A program made the position numbers and the translations under genes. A DNA stretch of 64,000 nucleotides, taken from positions 7,830 through 71,829 of the forward strand of contig CAZBDA010000010.1 of NCBI GenBank assembly GCA_964490445.1, read 5' to 3'. Positions within the stretch are counted from its first letter, which is position 1. The number at the start of each line of letters is the position of its first letter. The notes below the pieces were generated by a model. That model saw only the letters and a program-made list of their open reading frames with translations. It had not been told where the DNA came from and made no database searches. The DNA is from an uncultured Rickettsiales bacterium. Lineage in GTDB: Bacteria > Myxococcota_A > UBA796 > UBA9615. Of this stretch, positions 7,401 to 17,488 are shown in pieces.

Positions 7401-10091
7401 ATGTCCGTTGTCCACAGACTCTTGCTGCTCTGTGTCCTCGCCGTTTTCGTGGTGGGCCCTGGCTGTTCCGAGGGCGAGGTGACGGCCATTCCGCAGCCCC
7501 CGCGGGACTGGTCCGCATCGGACTACATCCTCGCGGTCACTGCTTCTGCCGACGCGGTGGCGGCGGGCGTTCCGGTTACGTTCACCGCCACGCTTACGGC
7601 GCCTTCGGGCGACGACATCAGTGATGCCGTCGACTTTTCCTGGGAAATGAGCCCCTCGCTGGGCGTGCTCAACGACGGCAACGGCGTTTATCGGTTTACC
7701 AGCGCTGATAGCTACACCCTGTTCGTATCCGTCGAGGTGATGGGTGCGGTCCTGGTCGATGCCGCTTCGGTGTCGGTCAGCCCGGGGCCGGCGGCTTCCG
7801 TGGACCTGCAACTCTCGGTTCCAGTGGTTGATGCAGGCACGCCCGTGGGGCTGCTCTCGAAGATCTACGATGCCTGGGGCAACCGTCTCGAGGTGCAGGA
7901 CGGCGACGTCGTGTATTCCATTGCCCCGAGCGCGACCCTCAGCGGTGACCAGTTGACGGCAACGGTTGCCGGGTCCTACACCGTCACGTCAACGCTGGCC
8001 GATGGCTCGGCTTTTGACTCCGAGCCCCTCAGCGTGTTGCCTGCCGAGCCCGTTTCACTCGCAATCTCGCTGTCGTCGTATGACGTCGAGCGGGGCCAGG
8101 GCGTGGTGGTCGACACTGTGGTCCTCGATGCCTACGGCAACGACGTCGACTATCCCGTTGCAGTCAGCACCGACCCTGCGACTGGCACCGAGTCCTGGGC
8201 CGACTTCGTGCGCTTCCACGACGAGGGCATCTACATGGTCCACGCCGACATCACCGAGTACGGGCTGCACGCTGAGGATGGCCTGGTGGTGGTGGATTCC
8301 TCGGGCCCCTCGATTCGCGTTACTTATCCTCCGCGCGGTGCCGAGTTGGAGCGCAGCGTCGGTACGCTGGTCACCGTGACCGGCACGGTTTCCGATGCCC
8401 TTACCGGAGTGAGTAGTCTCGCGGTCAACGGGGACCCGGTGAGTCTGCAGGCCGGCGGCACGTTCAGCCACGACATCGTGGCTGAGTTCGGTCTGAACAC
8501 CATCGAGGTGGACGCAGTCGATGGTGACGGCAACTCCTCGGATCTGTTCCAGAGCTTCCTATGGGGTGACTACATCCCGCAAGGACAGGCCAACGAGGGG
8601 GCCGTCCTGGCGCGGCTCAACGACGGTGCAATTGATGCAATCGAGGGTCTGTTCGCGGGCATGCTGGACAGTACGACGCTCCAGAGCGCCATCGCCGGGC
8701 AGAGCCTCGGGAACATCAACGGTACCCCCGTGGTACTCAGCGGGGTCAGCGTCGGCAACCCGAGCATCGACCTGGAGACTTTTGCGGGCAATCCTGATGG
8801 ATACCTGGAGGTGTTTGCTGGCTTTTCTCCAGTCAGCATGCAGGCTTCGGTAACCCGGGTCTCCGTTCCCGGCTTCGGCTGGGCCGACCTGTATGCCGAC
8901 GCCAGCTTCTCGGTCAGCGTCTCGACCTTCGAGGCTATCTCGGACATTGCACTGTCCGTTGATTCCACCAACACGATCCGTGCTGAGGTCCTTGCCGGCA
9001 GCACCCTGGTGAACCTGCAGGGCGTCAGTGTCTCCAACGACAACTTCGACACGTATGTCGATTGGAACTGTGGCTCGTGTGGTTTCTTCAGCCCGGGTGG
9101 CTGCATCTGCCAGGCGGGTGAGGCTGTCGCGAATGCAGCGCTAGGCCTGCTCTCGAGCGTTCTGCAGTTCCTGTTGGACGCGGTGCTCAGTCTTGTCAGT
9201 GCGCTGTTCGGCTTCCTGGAGCCGCTGCTTGAAGGGGTGGTTGCTGATCTCCTCGAGGATGAACTCGGTCCCATCGTCGAGGACGCGCTTGCCGACCTGG
9301 AGATCGTGACTGACATTCCACTCATGGGCGTCGAGATCACCCTGGATGCTCTGCCTCAGGAGATCGAGATCGACGACGACGGCATGTTGATCGCGCTGGA
9401 GTCCGTGGTCACGGCGCCACTGGGGCCCTCGGCGCCGCTGACTCTGGGCGCGCTGTACAACATCGACTCGGTGTGGCCGACCTACCCCACAACGGACGAC
9501 CTGCACCTGAGCCTCGGTGACGGCCTGGTCAACCAGCTCCTGCACTCGGCCTGGCAGGGTGGGGCACTGGACATGTCGATGGATGCCGCCGAGCTGGGTC
9601 TCGACATGAGCCAACTCGACAGCATTCTGCCGCTGAGCCAGTTGCAACTCACGATGCGTCCCTTGCTTCCGCCGGTTGTGGGGCCTGGTCCTTCTGGCCA
9701 GATGGAACTCGCCATCGGCGATCTGCTGATTAACGTAACCGGTGATCCGGGCGGTGTTTCTGGCTTGATGATGCAGTTGGCGGTGACCGTGATCGCTGAC
9801 GCCGACTTCAGCTTCGACGCGAACAACGAGATCCAGTTCGCATTTGCCGATCCCATCCTCTACATGGACTTTGTGCACGCCGACCCCTGGGCGGTAAACG
9901 GAGAGCTTGCCGAGAATGTCATGGAATCGGTGGTCGACCTCCTCGTGCCGAGTCTGATCGATACGCTGGGCGGCCTTGGCGGCTTCGCCATGCCGTCTCT
10001 TGGGGGCTTTGGCATCACCAACTCGACCTTTGCACGCGAAGCGCCGCCAGCCGACTACCTGACTCTCAGCGGCGACGTCGTCCTGCAGTAG
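7401..10091 (+). CDS. Large surface lipoprotein with tandem Ig-like (BIG-type) domains and a C-terminal domain of unknown function
   Basis: Signal peptide MSVVHRLLLLCVLAVFVVGPGC. Repeated beta-rich modules (VPVTFTATLTAPSGDD..., TVTGTVSDALTGVSSLAVNGDPVSL...). C-terminal ~400 aa has a Cys cluster WNCGSCGFFSPGGCICQAGE followed by long amphipathic helices (LGLLSSVLQFLLDAVLSLVSALFGFLEPLLEG). Table ORF starts at 7359; ATG 7401 fits the signal peptide. Confidence 0.6.
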   Translation: MSVVHRLLLLCVLAVFVVGPGCSEGEVTAIPQPPRDWSASDYILAVTASADAVAAGVPVTFTATLTAPSGDDISDAVDFSWEMSPSLGVLNDGNGVYRFTSADSYTLFVSVEVMGAVLVDAASVSVSPGPAASVDLQLSVPVVDAGTPVGLLSKIYDAWGNRLEVQDGDVVYSIAPSATLSGDQLTATVAGSYTVTSTLADGSAFDSEPLSVLPAEPVSLAISLSSYDVERGQGVVVDTVVLDAYGNDVDYPVAVSTDPATGTESWADFVRFHDEGIYMVHADITEYGLHAEDGLVVVDSSGPSIRVTYPPRGAELERSVGTLVTVTGTVSDALTGVSSLAVNGDPVSLQAGGTFSHDIVAEFGLNTIEVDAVDGDGNSSDLFQSFLWGDYIPQGQANEGAVLARLNDGAIDAIEGLFAGMLDSTTLQSAIAGQSLGNINGTPVVLSGVSVGNPSIDLETFAGNPDGYLEVFAGFSPVSMQASVTRVSVPGFGWADLYADASFSVSVSTFEAISDIALSVDSTNTIRAEVLAGSTLVNLQGVSVSNDNFDTYVDWNCGSCGFFSPGGCICQAGEAVANAALGLLSSVLQFLLDAVLSLVSALFGFLEPLLEGVVADLLEDELGPIVEDALADLEIVTDIPLMGVEITLDALPQEIEIDDDGMLIALESVVTAPLGPSAPLTLGALYNIDSVWPTYPTTDDLHLSLGDGLVNQLLHSAWQGGALDMSMDAAELGLDMSQLDSILPLSQLQLTMRPLLPPVVGPGPSGQMELAIGDLLINVTGDPGGVSGLMMQLAVTVIADADFSFDANNEIQFAFADPILYMDFVHADPWAVNGELAENVMESVVDLLVPSLIDTLGGLGGFAMPSLGGFGITNSTFAREAPPADYLTLSGDVVLQ

Positions 10092-10124
10092 CATCTCGGG
10101 CCGCGCCGGGCGGCAGCGGTTCGG

Positions 10125-10850
10125 TCAGCCGAGCCTTTCCAGTCGTGCCATCAGCACCGAGTCGGTTTTTCGATACAACTCGTCGAGGGCCGCCTCGGCG
10201 GCGCTCGGATCACGAGTCGCGATCGCGTCGACCGTTCGTCCCCAGATCTCCAGGTACTCCGGGTGGACGTAGAGCAGGGCGGGGACCTTCTCCAGGCAGG
10301 CCTGGCTCAATCGGCTCAGGGTCGTGAACATCAGCTTGGCAACGACGCTGCAGGCTGCATCGACCATGGCGTTGTAGAGTTCGAGGTCGGTCTGTAGAGA
10401 CAGCAGCAGGTCTCCTTCATTGTCCCGCTGTCGCTCCAACAGGTCGCGCAACCTTCGGATCTGCCCCTCGTCGGCTCGTTTCGCGGCAAGCCCGGCGAGT
10501 TCCACTGCCATGCGGCGACGCATCTGCAGGACGTCATCGAGCATCTCGTTCCGCTCCGGGGCCGTAGCCACGCGAATCAGGTCCGGGAGCAGCGAGATAG
10601 AGCCTGTGTTTCGGAAGTCCGCGACCCGCACGCCGTCGCCCTGCCGTGCGACGACCAATCCTTGTGCTTCGAGTGAGCGGATGGCCTCTCGCAGAGTGTT
10701 GCGGTTGGTGCCGAAGCGAGGCGCCAGCTCTCGTTCCGGCGGCAATCGCTCTCCCACCTGGACTTCACCGCGCAGGATCGCTGTGCGTAACTGCTCGGCG
10801 ACGGATTCCGAGATTGCCTTTTTCTCAATGCGTTCGAGGTCCAATGGCAT
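10125..10850 (-). CDS. GntR-family transcriptional regulator, FadR/FCD subfamily
   Basis: N-terminal GntR winged HTH (ISESVAEQLRTAILRGEVQVGERLPPERELAPRFGTNRNTLREAIRSLEAQGLV). C-terminal all-helical FCD-like domain. Confidence 0.85.
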   Translation of the reverse strand: MPLDLERIEKKAISESVAEQLRTAILRGEVQVGERLPPERELAPRFGTNRNTLREAIRSLEAQGLVVARQGDGVRVADFRNTGSISLLPDLIRVATAPERNEMLDDVLQMRRRMAVELAGLAAKRADEGQIRRLRDLLERQRDNEGDLLLSLQTDLELYNAMVDAACSVVAKLMFTTLSRLSQACLEKVPALLYVHPEYLEIWGRTVDAIATRDPSAAEAALDELYRKTDSVLMARLERLG

Positions 10851-10894
10851 CGGACCATTGTATCGGGCCTGCGTCTGAGTATCATCCCGTCGCC

Positions 10895-11626
10895 ATGTAC
10901 AGTCTGCTTATAGCTCTTGCCGTCGGTTTTGTTGCCTACTTCGGCACCGCCATGGTCATGCCTAGCAACTACGCCATTCTGCCGGGACTGATCGGTAGCA
11001 TCGGCTGCTACGTGCTGCTCGCGCGGCGCCACTGGAAGATCGTCGAGGCGCTCATGGCCAAGGCCGGTGCCGAGGTCCAGCAGCAGCGGGTCGACCACGC
11101 GGTGCGCATGCTGGAGGACGGTTATCGCTACGGCAAGTGGGTGTTCCTTCTGCGCGGTCAACTCGACGGGCAGATCGGCGCGTTGCACTACATGCAGAAG
11201 AACTTCGACAAGGCTCTTCCCCTGCTGGAGAACAGCTCGTCTCGTCACTGGGTTGCCCAGGGAATGCTCGCCTCTTACTGGTTCCGGCATCACAAGCCGG
11301 AGCGGGCGATGAAGGTGCTCGAGAAGGCGATCACCATGAGCAAGAAGGAGCCGATGCTGTACGGAATGAAGGCTTGGATGAAGGTGAAGCTGAAGGATCG
11401 AGATGGCGCACGGGCGGTCCTGACTCGTGGGAAGAAGGTCCTCAAGGACAACACGGCCCTCAGCGATAGCCTGATCCGACTGCAAAATGGTGAGGACATG
11501 AAGATGGGCACCTTCGGCGAGGCCTGGTGGCAGTTCCACCTGGAGAAGCCCAGCCAGAAGATGCTGCTCAAGCTTTCCGGTCAGAGCCGCCGGGCCAAGG
11601 GCGCCAAGAAGTCCATGTATCGTTAG
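10895..11626 (+). CDS. Membrane protein, two N-terminal TM helices plus helical (TPR-like) soluble domain; function unknown
   Basis: MYSLLIALAVGFVAYFGTAMVMP...LIGSIGCYVLLA then Lys-rich helical repeats. Divergent from the GntR gene; the table ORF (10646) would overlap the GntR gene, so ATG 10895 was chosen. Confidence 0.5.
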   Translation: MYSLLIALAVGFVAYFGTAMVMPSNYAILPGLIGSIGCYVLLARRHWKIVEALMAKAGAEVQQQRVDHAVRMLEDGYRYGKWVFLLRGQLDGQIGALHYMQKNFDKALPLLENSSSRHWVAQGMLASYWFRHHKPERAMKVLEKAITMSKKEPMLYGMKAWMKVKLKDRDGARAVLTRGKKVLKDNTALSDSLIRLQNGEDMKMGTFGEAWWQFHLEKPSQKMLLKLSGQSRRAKGAKKSMYR

Positions 11627-11630
11627 GGCA

Positions 11631-13523
11631 GTGAGTTCGCCTACAGCCGCTCCTGAACGTCGTCGTGCGGCCGGTCCCCTGCGACTGGCGGCGGCGGGGT
11701 TGTTGCCTTTTGTGGTGTTGTTGCTTCCCGAGACCGCGGTCGATGCGGTCGGTGGCGATGCAACCGCGGGCAGGTCGGTTGGACCCGGCACCCTGCTACC
11801 GGCTCTGTTCGCAATTTCGCTGGCCTTCGCGACGACCCGCACGATCCTGCCGCTGATTGGCGGAGTCTGGCTCGGGGTATCCATGCTGCTCTGGCAGGAG
11901 GGTCTGCGCTGGAGCGCCCCCTTCGTCGGGGTGCTCGAGTCGTTCCGCACCTTCATTGTTGGTAGCTCCCTGTACCGCGGTGGGCCGAGCCTTCCTTCGT
12001 GTAGCTCCGACAGTTGGTGTGTTGCTGTCGCCCGGTCAGGCGGGGCGAAGCATCCCGAGCTGGCAGTGTGCGGAGACAACGGCGTCTGCGATCTGCTGCC
12101 GACGGGCCTGAGCTATGGCGCGCAGAGCTTCCAGTTGGCAGTGGTGGGTTTTGTCTTCGTGCTCATCGGCATGGTGGCCTTGGTGGTTCGCGCCGGTGGC
12201 ATCGCGGGAGTCGCCGATCGCTTCGTCGTGCTGGCTCGTTCGGCTCGTTCGACACGGATTGTTTCGTTCCTGCTCGGTCTGTGCGTGTTCTTCGATGACT
12301 ACGCCAACACGCTGATTGTCGGCGGAACAATGCGCCCCCTCACCGACCGGATGCGTATCTCGCGGGAAAAGCTGGCGTGGATCGTCGATTCCACCGCAGC
12401 CCCGGTCGCCGGCCTCTCGGTTCTGTCCACCTGGGTGGCCTTCGAGGTCAGCCAGTTCGCGCCGCAACTGGGAGTGATTGGTCTGGACGAGTCGGCCGGC
12501 TACTCGGTCTTCCTGCAGACCATCCCCTACCGGTTTTACTGCATTTTGAGCCTGTTCTTTGTTGCGGTGGTGTGCATCACTTCTCGTGACTTTGGTCCGA
12601 TGCTGGTCGCCGAGCAGCGAGCGCACCGGACCGGGGCGGTATTTCGCCCCGGAGCTCGCCCCATGTCGGCGGCGCAGACCGCCAACGCAGAGGCCAAGGA
12701 AGGCATCCCCCACAGGGCCAGTGTGGCGCTGGTACCGATCCTCGCGACCATCGGCTCGATCATCACCCTGTTCTGGCTCCAGGGAGAGGCCGGCCATGCA
12801 GAGCACAGCGCCGCCGGATTCGCCGGGGCCCATCTTCGCGAGGTGCTCGAAGGTGTCGAGGACAACACCTTTTTGCTGTTCCAGGGCAGCTGCATCGGGC
12901 TGGGCCTGGCCATGGTGATGGCCCTGGGCGGCAGGTTGCTGACTTTGCGCGAAGTGCTGGCTGCCGTCTTGTCCGGCAGCCGCACCCTGGGCATGGCCGT
13001 CGGCATTCTGTTTCTTGCCTGGGCCATGGCGGCGGTTTGCAAGGGACTCGGAACGGGTGACTACCTGAAAACCCTGGCACCGCACATCCCTGCCTTGCTG
13101 CTGCCCATCGGCTTGTTCCTGATTGCCTGCGTGATCTCGTTTGCTACCGGCTCGTCGTGGTCGACGATGGGGATCCTGCTGCCCATTGTCATCGACCTGG
13201 CCGCCACGGTCGGTGCCGCGACCGCCCTCGGCTCAATGGGAATGGTCATCATTGCCATCGGTGCCGTGTTGGATGGGTCGATCTTCGGCGACCACTGTTC
13301 ACCCCTATCGGATACCACCTTGTTGTCGTCGACTGCCGCGGGTAGTGATCACATGGATCACGTCAAGACCCAGGCTCCCTATGCGGTGGTGGTGATGCTC
13401 GCCGCGGTTCTGCTGGGCTACCTGCCAGTGGCCGCCGGGCTGTCCGTGTGGCTGTCGCTGCCGCTGGCAGTGATGGTGCTTCTTGCCGTAGTGGTTGCGT
13501 TTGGACGGCACCCTGAGGACTGA
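11631..13523 (+). CDS. NhaC-family Na+/H+ antiporter-like polytopic membrane transporter
   Basis: 630-aa multi-TM protein. The segment GSIFGDHCSPLSDTTLLSSTAAGSDHMDHVKTQAPY resembles the conserved GDHCSPISDTT block I recall from NhaC/MleN (PF03553). Begins 4 nt after the preceding gene. Confidence 0.6.
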   Translation: MSSPTAAPERRRAAGPLRLAAAGLLPFVVLLLPETAVDAVGGDATAGRSVGPGTLLPALFAISLAFATTRTILPLIGGVWLGVSMLLWQEGLRWSAPFVGVLESFRTFIVGSSLYRGGPSLPSCSSDSWCVAVARSGGAKHPELAVCGDNGVCDLLPTGLSYGAQSFQLAVVGFVFVLIGMVALVVRAGGIAGVADRFVVLARSARSTRIVSFLLGLCVFFDDYANTLIVGGTMRPLTDRMRISREKLAWIVDSTAAPVAGLSVLSTWVAFEVSQFAPQLGVIGLDESAGYSVFLQTIPYRFYCILSLFFVAVVCITSRDFGPMLVAEQRAHRTGAVFRPGARPMSAAQTANAEAKEGIPHRASVALVPILATIGSIITLFWLQGEAGHAEHSAAGFAGAHLREVLEGVEDNTFLLFQGSCIGLGLAMVMALGGRLLTLREVLAAVLSGSRTLGMAVGILFLAWAMAAVCKGLGTGDYLKTLAPHIPALLLPIGLFLIACVISFATGSSWSTMGILLPIVIDLAATVGAATALGSMGMVIIAIGAVLDGSIFGDHCSPLSDTTLLSSTAAGSDHMDHVKTQAPYAVVVMLAAVLLGYLPVAAGLSVWLSLPLAVMVLLAVVVAFGRHPED

Positions 13524-13601
13524 CTGCAGCGAGCCAAACGCACGAGGCTCAACTCACTCGGTCTGACCGCTGCGGTGACGAATCGAGTATTCTTCCGCAC
13601 C

Positions 13602-14579
13602 ATGCGAACTCTCGTGACCGGTGGTGCCGGTTTCATAGGCTCTCATCTCTGTGAACGCCTGCTGGCGGATGGCCACGAGGTCCTGTGTCTGGACAACTTC
13701 TTCACGGGGCGCCGCCAGAACATCGCCCACCTCCTACAGCACACCGATTTCGAATTGCTGCGACACGATGTGATTCAACCCGTGCTGGTCGAGGTCGACC
13801 GCATCTTCCACCTCGCCTGTCCCGCGTCGCCTGTGCACTACCAGTACAACCCGGTCAAGACCGTCAAGACCAACGTCATGGGCACGATCAACATGCTCGG
13901 CCTGGCGAAAAGGGTGCATGCTCGCATCCTCCATGCCTCGACCAGCGAGGTCTATGGCGACCCGGTCGAGCACCCACAGACCGAGAGCTACTGGGGCAAT
14001 GTCAATCCCATCGGTCCGCGCAGTTGCTACGACGAGGGCAAGCGCGTCGCCGAGACCCTTTGCTTTGACTACCACCGTCAGAACGACGTGGATATCCGCG
14101 TGGTGCGAATTTTCAATACCTACGGTCCGCGCATGCTCACCGATGATGGAAGGGTGGTGTCCAACTTCGTGGTCAGCGCGCTCCGGGGGCACGATGTCGA
14201 GATCTACGGCGATGGTTCGCAGACCCGCTCGTTCTGCTACGTGTCGGACCTGATCGAGGCGCTGCTGGGCATGATGGCCCAGGACAGCGACATCGGTCCG
14301 GTCAACCTGGGCAACCCCGGAGAGTTCACCATCACCCAGTTGGCCGAGTTGGTGATTGAGTTGGTGGGCAGCAGCAGCAAGGTGAGCTTCCGTGAACTCC
14401 CTCAGGATGATCCGACCAGGCGCAGGCCCGATATCAGCCGCGCCCGAGCGCTCTTGAACTGGGAGCCCACTACCGATCTTCGGGCGGGGCTGGTAAAGAC
14501 TATCGAGTATTTCGACGGGCTGTTGAGCACCGGCAATGAGCAGCGGATGAGCATGGCCAGCGTCGAGCACAAGGACTAG
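13602..14579 (+). CDS. UDP-glucuronate decarboxylase (UDP-xylose synthase), SDR family
   Basis: [21 protein letters not shown] Rossmann motif, YDEGKR catalytic YxxxK, very UXS-like core ([31 protein letters not shown]). Table ORF starts at GTG 13575. Confidence 0.85.
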   Translation: MRTLVTGGAGFIGSHLCERLLADGHEVLCLDNFFTGRRQNIAHLLQHTDFELLRHDVIQPVLVEVDRIFHLACPASPVHYQYNPVKTVKTNVMGTINMLGLAKRVHARILHASTSEVYGDPVEHPQTESYWGNVNPIGPRSCYDEGKRVAETLCFDYHRQNDVDIRVVRIFNTYGPRMLTDDGRVVSNFVVSALRGHDVEIYGDGSQTRSFCYVSDLIEALLGMMAQDSDIGPVNLGNPGEFTITQLAELVIELVGSSSKVSFRELPQDDPTRRRPDISRARALLNWEPTTDLRAGLVKTIEYFDGLLSTGNEQRMSMASVEHKD

Positions 14580-14585
14580 GATTTC

Positions 14586-14603
14586 GCCCCGCCTGGGGCG
14601 GGG
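14586..14603 (+). terminator. GC stem-loop GCCCCGCC-tgg-GGCGGGG between the UDP-xylose synthase gene and ugd
   Basis: 7-8-bp GC stem 7 nt after the UDP-xylose synthase stop and 18 nt before the ugd GTG. Could be a terminator/attenuator or mRNA-processing site. Confidence 0.35.
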
Positions 14604-14621
14604 ATTCGCGGAGGCCGCACA

Positions 14622-15956
14622 GTGCAACTGACGATCGTAGGAACGGGCTATGTGGGCCTTGTCTCTGGGACATGCTTCGCCGAGACGGGCAACGACGTGG
14701 TGTGTCTCGATGTTGACGAGGGCAAGATCGAGCAGCTCAAGCGGGGCGAGTGCCCAATCTACGAGCCGGGCCTGGAGGACTTGCTGCTTCGCAACCTCGC
14801 TGCTGGCCGACTGACCTTCACCAGCGACAAGGCCGAAGCCTATGGCAATTCCGACTTCATCTTTATCTGCGTAGGGACGCCCAGCGATGAGCAGGGCCGT
14901 GCCGACCTGAAGTACGTGCTCAAGGTCGCCGAGGACATTGGCAGGGCACTCGAAGCACAGCCTCAAGCGGATCCCGACGGCCCCATCGTCGTGGTCAAGT
15001 CGACGGTGCCCGTGGGGACAAATGACAAGGTCCGCGAGGCGATCTCTGCGCTGACTTCGCGGCCCTTCGCGATGGCTTCGAACCCCGAGTTCCTGAAAGA
15101 GGGAGCCGCCCTCCACGACTTCTACAAACCGGACCGGGTGGTCGTGGGCTGCGACCAGGAACGCACTGGCTCGCAGTTGCGCCGCCTGTACGAGCCCTAC
15201 GTTCGCCAGGGTAACCCCATCCTGGTGATGGATATCCGTTCCGCAGAGATGGTGAAGTACGCCTCCAACGCGATGCTCGCGACCAAGATCAGCTTCATTA
15301 ACGAGATTGCCAGCCTGTGCGAAGCCTACGGCGCGGAGATCGGCATGGTCCGCAAGGGCATGTGCTCGGACAAGCGCATCGGCAACCAGTTCCTGTATCC
15401 GGGCCTCGGCTACGGCGGCTCTTGCTTCCCCAAGGACGTTCTGGCTTGCATTTCTATGGGTGATGACAGCGAAACTCCGGCACAGCTGTTGTCCGCTGTG
15501 CACCAGGTCAACCAGAACCAGCGACGTCGCTTTATCGCCAAGATCGACGAGCACTTCTCTTCGCAGGTGTCAGGGCGGCGTTTTGCAGTGTGGGGCCTGG
15601 CATTCAAGCCGCGCACCGACGACATGCGCGAGGCCCCGTCCATCGACGTGATCCGGTGGTTGCTCGCCCATGGTGCCAGCGTTGCTGCCTTCGACCCGGT
15701 GGCCCGAGAGCGGGCAACCGAGCACTTCGACGGCGACATCAGCTATTCAGACAACGACTTCGAGGCTCTGGACGGCGCCGACGCCCTGGTGATCTGCACT
15801 GAGTGGCCCGAGTTCCGCCGGCCTGACTTTGCGGAGATGCGTCGACGCATGACTGGCAACGTGATCTTCGACGGGCGCAATATCTATTCGCTGGAGATGA
15901 TGCGCGAGCACGGCTTCAGCTATTACTCAGTCGGCCGTCGCCCGCACCTCAGTTGA
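14622..15956 (+). CDS. ugd: UDP-glucose 6-dehydrogenase
   Basis: GTG start with GGAGG 9 nt upstream. GTGYVGLVSGTCFA NAD motif, GGSCFPKDV catalytic Cys region, C-terminal UDP-binding domain. Confidence 0.9.
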   Translation: MQLTIVGTGYVGLVSGTCFAETGNDVVCLDVDEGKIEQLKRGECPIYEPGLEDLLLRNLAAGRLTFTSDKAEAYGNSDFIFICVGTPSDEQGRADLKYVLKVAEDIGRALEAQPQADPDGPIVVVKSTVPVGTNDKVREAISALTSRPFAMASNPEFLKEGAALHDFYKPDRVVVGCDQERTGSQLRRLYEPYVRQGNPILVMDIRSAEMVKYASNAMLATKISFINEIASLCEAYGAEIGMVRKGMCSDKRIGNQFLYPGLGYGGSCFPKDVLACISMGDDSETPAQLLSAVHQVNQNQRRRFIAKIDEHFSSQVSGRRFAVWGLAFKPRTDDMREAPSIDVIRWLLAHGASVAAFDPVARERATEHFDGDISYSDNDFEALDGADALVICTEWPEFRRPDFAEMRRRMTGNVIFDGRNIYSLEMMREHGFSYYSVGRRPHLS

Positions 15957-15983
15957 GCACCGCCACCCGGCTGCCCAGCGCAG

Positions 15984-17375
15984 CTACATGAACTTGCGGG
16001 CGATCTTTGTCTTTCCCTCGGTGAACGGCGGGTAGGCCACGGCCGGATCGACCAGGGTGGAGCGGGACAGCACGCTCTTGCGATGTGAGTAGGTCTCGAA
16101 TCCGGTGCGTCCGTGGTAGGCGCCCATGCCGCTGGGGCCGACTCCACCAAAGGGCAGGTCGGGTGCCACCAGGTGCATCAAGGTCTCGTTGACGCAGGCA
16201 CCGCCGGAACTGGTGCGGCCGAGTACCGCCTGCTCGATTTTCTTATTTCCCGTGAAGACGTACAGGGCGAGGGGCTTCGGCCGTGCGTTCACAAAGGAGA
16301 TCGCTTCATCAGTCGATTGCACTGGAATGATGGGCAGAAGAGGGCCGAAGATCTCCTCGTTCATCAACTTGGAATCCAGGTCCACATCGGTCAGTAGAGT
16401 GGGCGCGATGTAACGCTGTTCGGCGTCGGTCTCGCCGCCGGCCACTACGGTGCCGCCGGACATGAGGCCTTTGATTCGCTCGAAGTGACGGTCATTGATG
16501 ATGCGGCCGATATCTTTGCTCTGGCTGGGGTCGTCACCGAAGAACCGCCTGATGGCCTTCTTGGCTTCGCCGACAAAGGTGTCCATCACGTCTCGCTGGA
16601 TGAGCACGTAGTCCGGGGCGACGCAGGTCTGTCCGGTGTTCCAGAACTTGCCCCGCACGATGCGACGGGCAGCGACCCCCAGCTTCGCGGAAGCATCGAC
16701 AATTGCGGGGCTCTTGCCACCGAGTTCGAGGGTCACCGGAGTCAAGTGCTGCGCAGCCGCGGTCATGACGATGCGTCCGACCGTAGCGCCACCGGTATAG
16801 AAGATGTGGTCGAACTGTTCCTTGAGCAGCGCCGTCGAGGTCTCGACGGCACCTTGGACCACCTTGATGCAGTCATTGTCGACATAGCGCGGCAGCAGAT
16901 CGGCGAGCGCCGCGGCGCTGGCGGAAGAGATCTCCGAGGGCTTGATCAGGACACAGTTGCCCGCCGAGATGGCTGCAGCGGGAGGTGCGAGGGCCAACTG
17001 GATGGGGTAGTTCCAGGCGCCCAGAACCAGGGCCACGCCCAGGGGCTCGCGGTGGATGTGGCAGTTTCCCGGTTGCAGGGCTGTGGGGGTGGGTACCCGT
17101 TCCGGCTTCATCCAACCGCGCAGGTGCTTCAGGGTGTGCCGGATCTCGTTGTCGATGAAGTTGGTCTCGCTGCTCCAGCCCTCGAAGTGTGAGCGGCCAA
17201 GGTCCTGGTGCATGGCTTCGCACAGGGCCTGCTCGTTCTCGCGCAGCATTCGGCGGATGCCCTCGAGCTGTTCTCGTCGCCACTCGTAACTACGGGTGCG
17301 CCCCGAGGCGAAGGCCTCGCGAAGCTCCTGCACGGTGGTGGAGACATCGGGCGCGGAAGTGGTGTCAGCGGACAT
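15984..17375 (-). CDS. Aldehyde dehydrogenase, class-3 (fatty aldehyde dehydrogenase-like)
   Basis: VLGAWNYPIQLAL, VLIKPSEIS, FYTGGATVGRIV, ELGGKSPAIV, NTGQTCVAPDYV. 463-aa length and motif spacing fit ALDH3. Confidence 0.85.
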   Translation of the reverse strand: MSADTTSAPDVSTTVQELREAFASGRTRSYEWRREQLEGIRRMLRENEQALCEAMHQDLGRSHFEGWSSETNFIDNEIRHTLKHLRGWMKPERVPTPTALQPGNCHIHREPLGVALVLGAWNYPIQLALAPPAAAISAGNCVLIKPSEISSASAAALADLLPRYVDNDCIKVVQGAVETSTALLKEQFDHIFYTGGATVGRIVMTAAAQHLTPVTLELGGKSPAIVDASAKLGVAARRIVRGKFWNTGQTCVAPDYVLIQRDVMDTFVGEAKKAIRRFFGDDPSQSKDIGRIINDRHFERIKGLMSGGTVVAGGETDAEQRYIAPTLLTDVDLDSKLMNEEIFGPLLPIIPVQSTDEAISFVNARPKPLALYVFTGNKKIEQAVLGRTSSGGACVNETLMHLVAPDLPFGGVGPSGMGAYHGRTGFETYSHRKSVLSRSTLVDPAVAYPPFTEGKTKIARKFM

Positions 17376-17488
17376 GTTGAGTTCCCTTCAGGGGCCGGAA
17401 AGTAACCGGAAGCCGAAGGATAATCACACGGTCCCGGTAGGCAAGCCAGAGTTTCGCTGCACTGGGTTTGCGAGCCTCGCTGGTCCCT

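Noticed and set aside
10577-12079. 500-aa minus-strand ORF (also 12036..13085 minus and 9141..10094 minus)
   Set aside because: Antisense to the NhaC-like, membrane/TPR and large lipoprotein genes. No motifs, skewed composition.
13734-15554. 606-aa minus-strand ORF
   Set aside because: Antisense to the unmistakable UDP-xylose synthase and ugd genes. Composition is Arg/Ala/Leu-rich. Spurious high-GC ORF.
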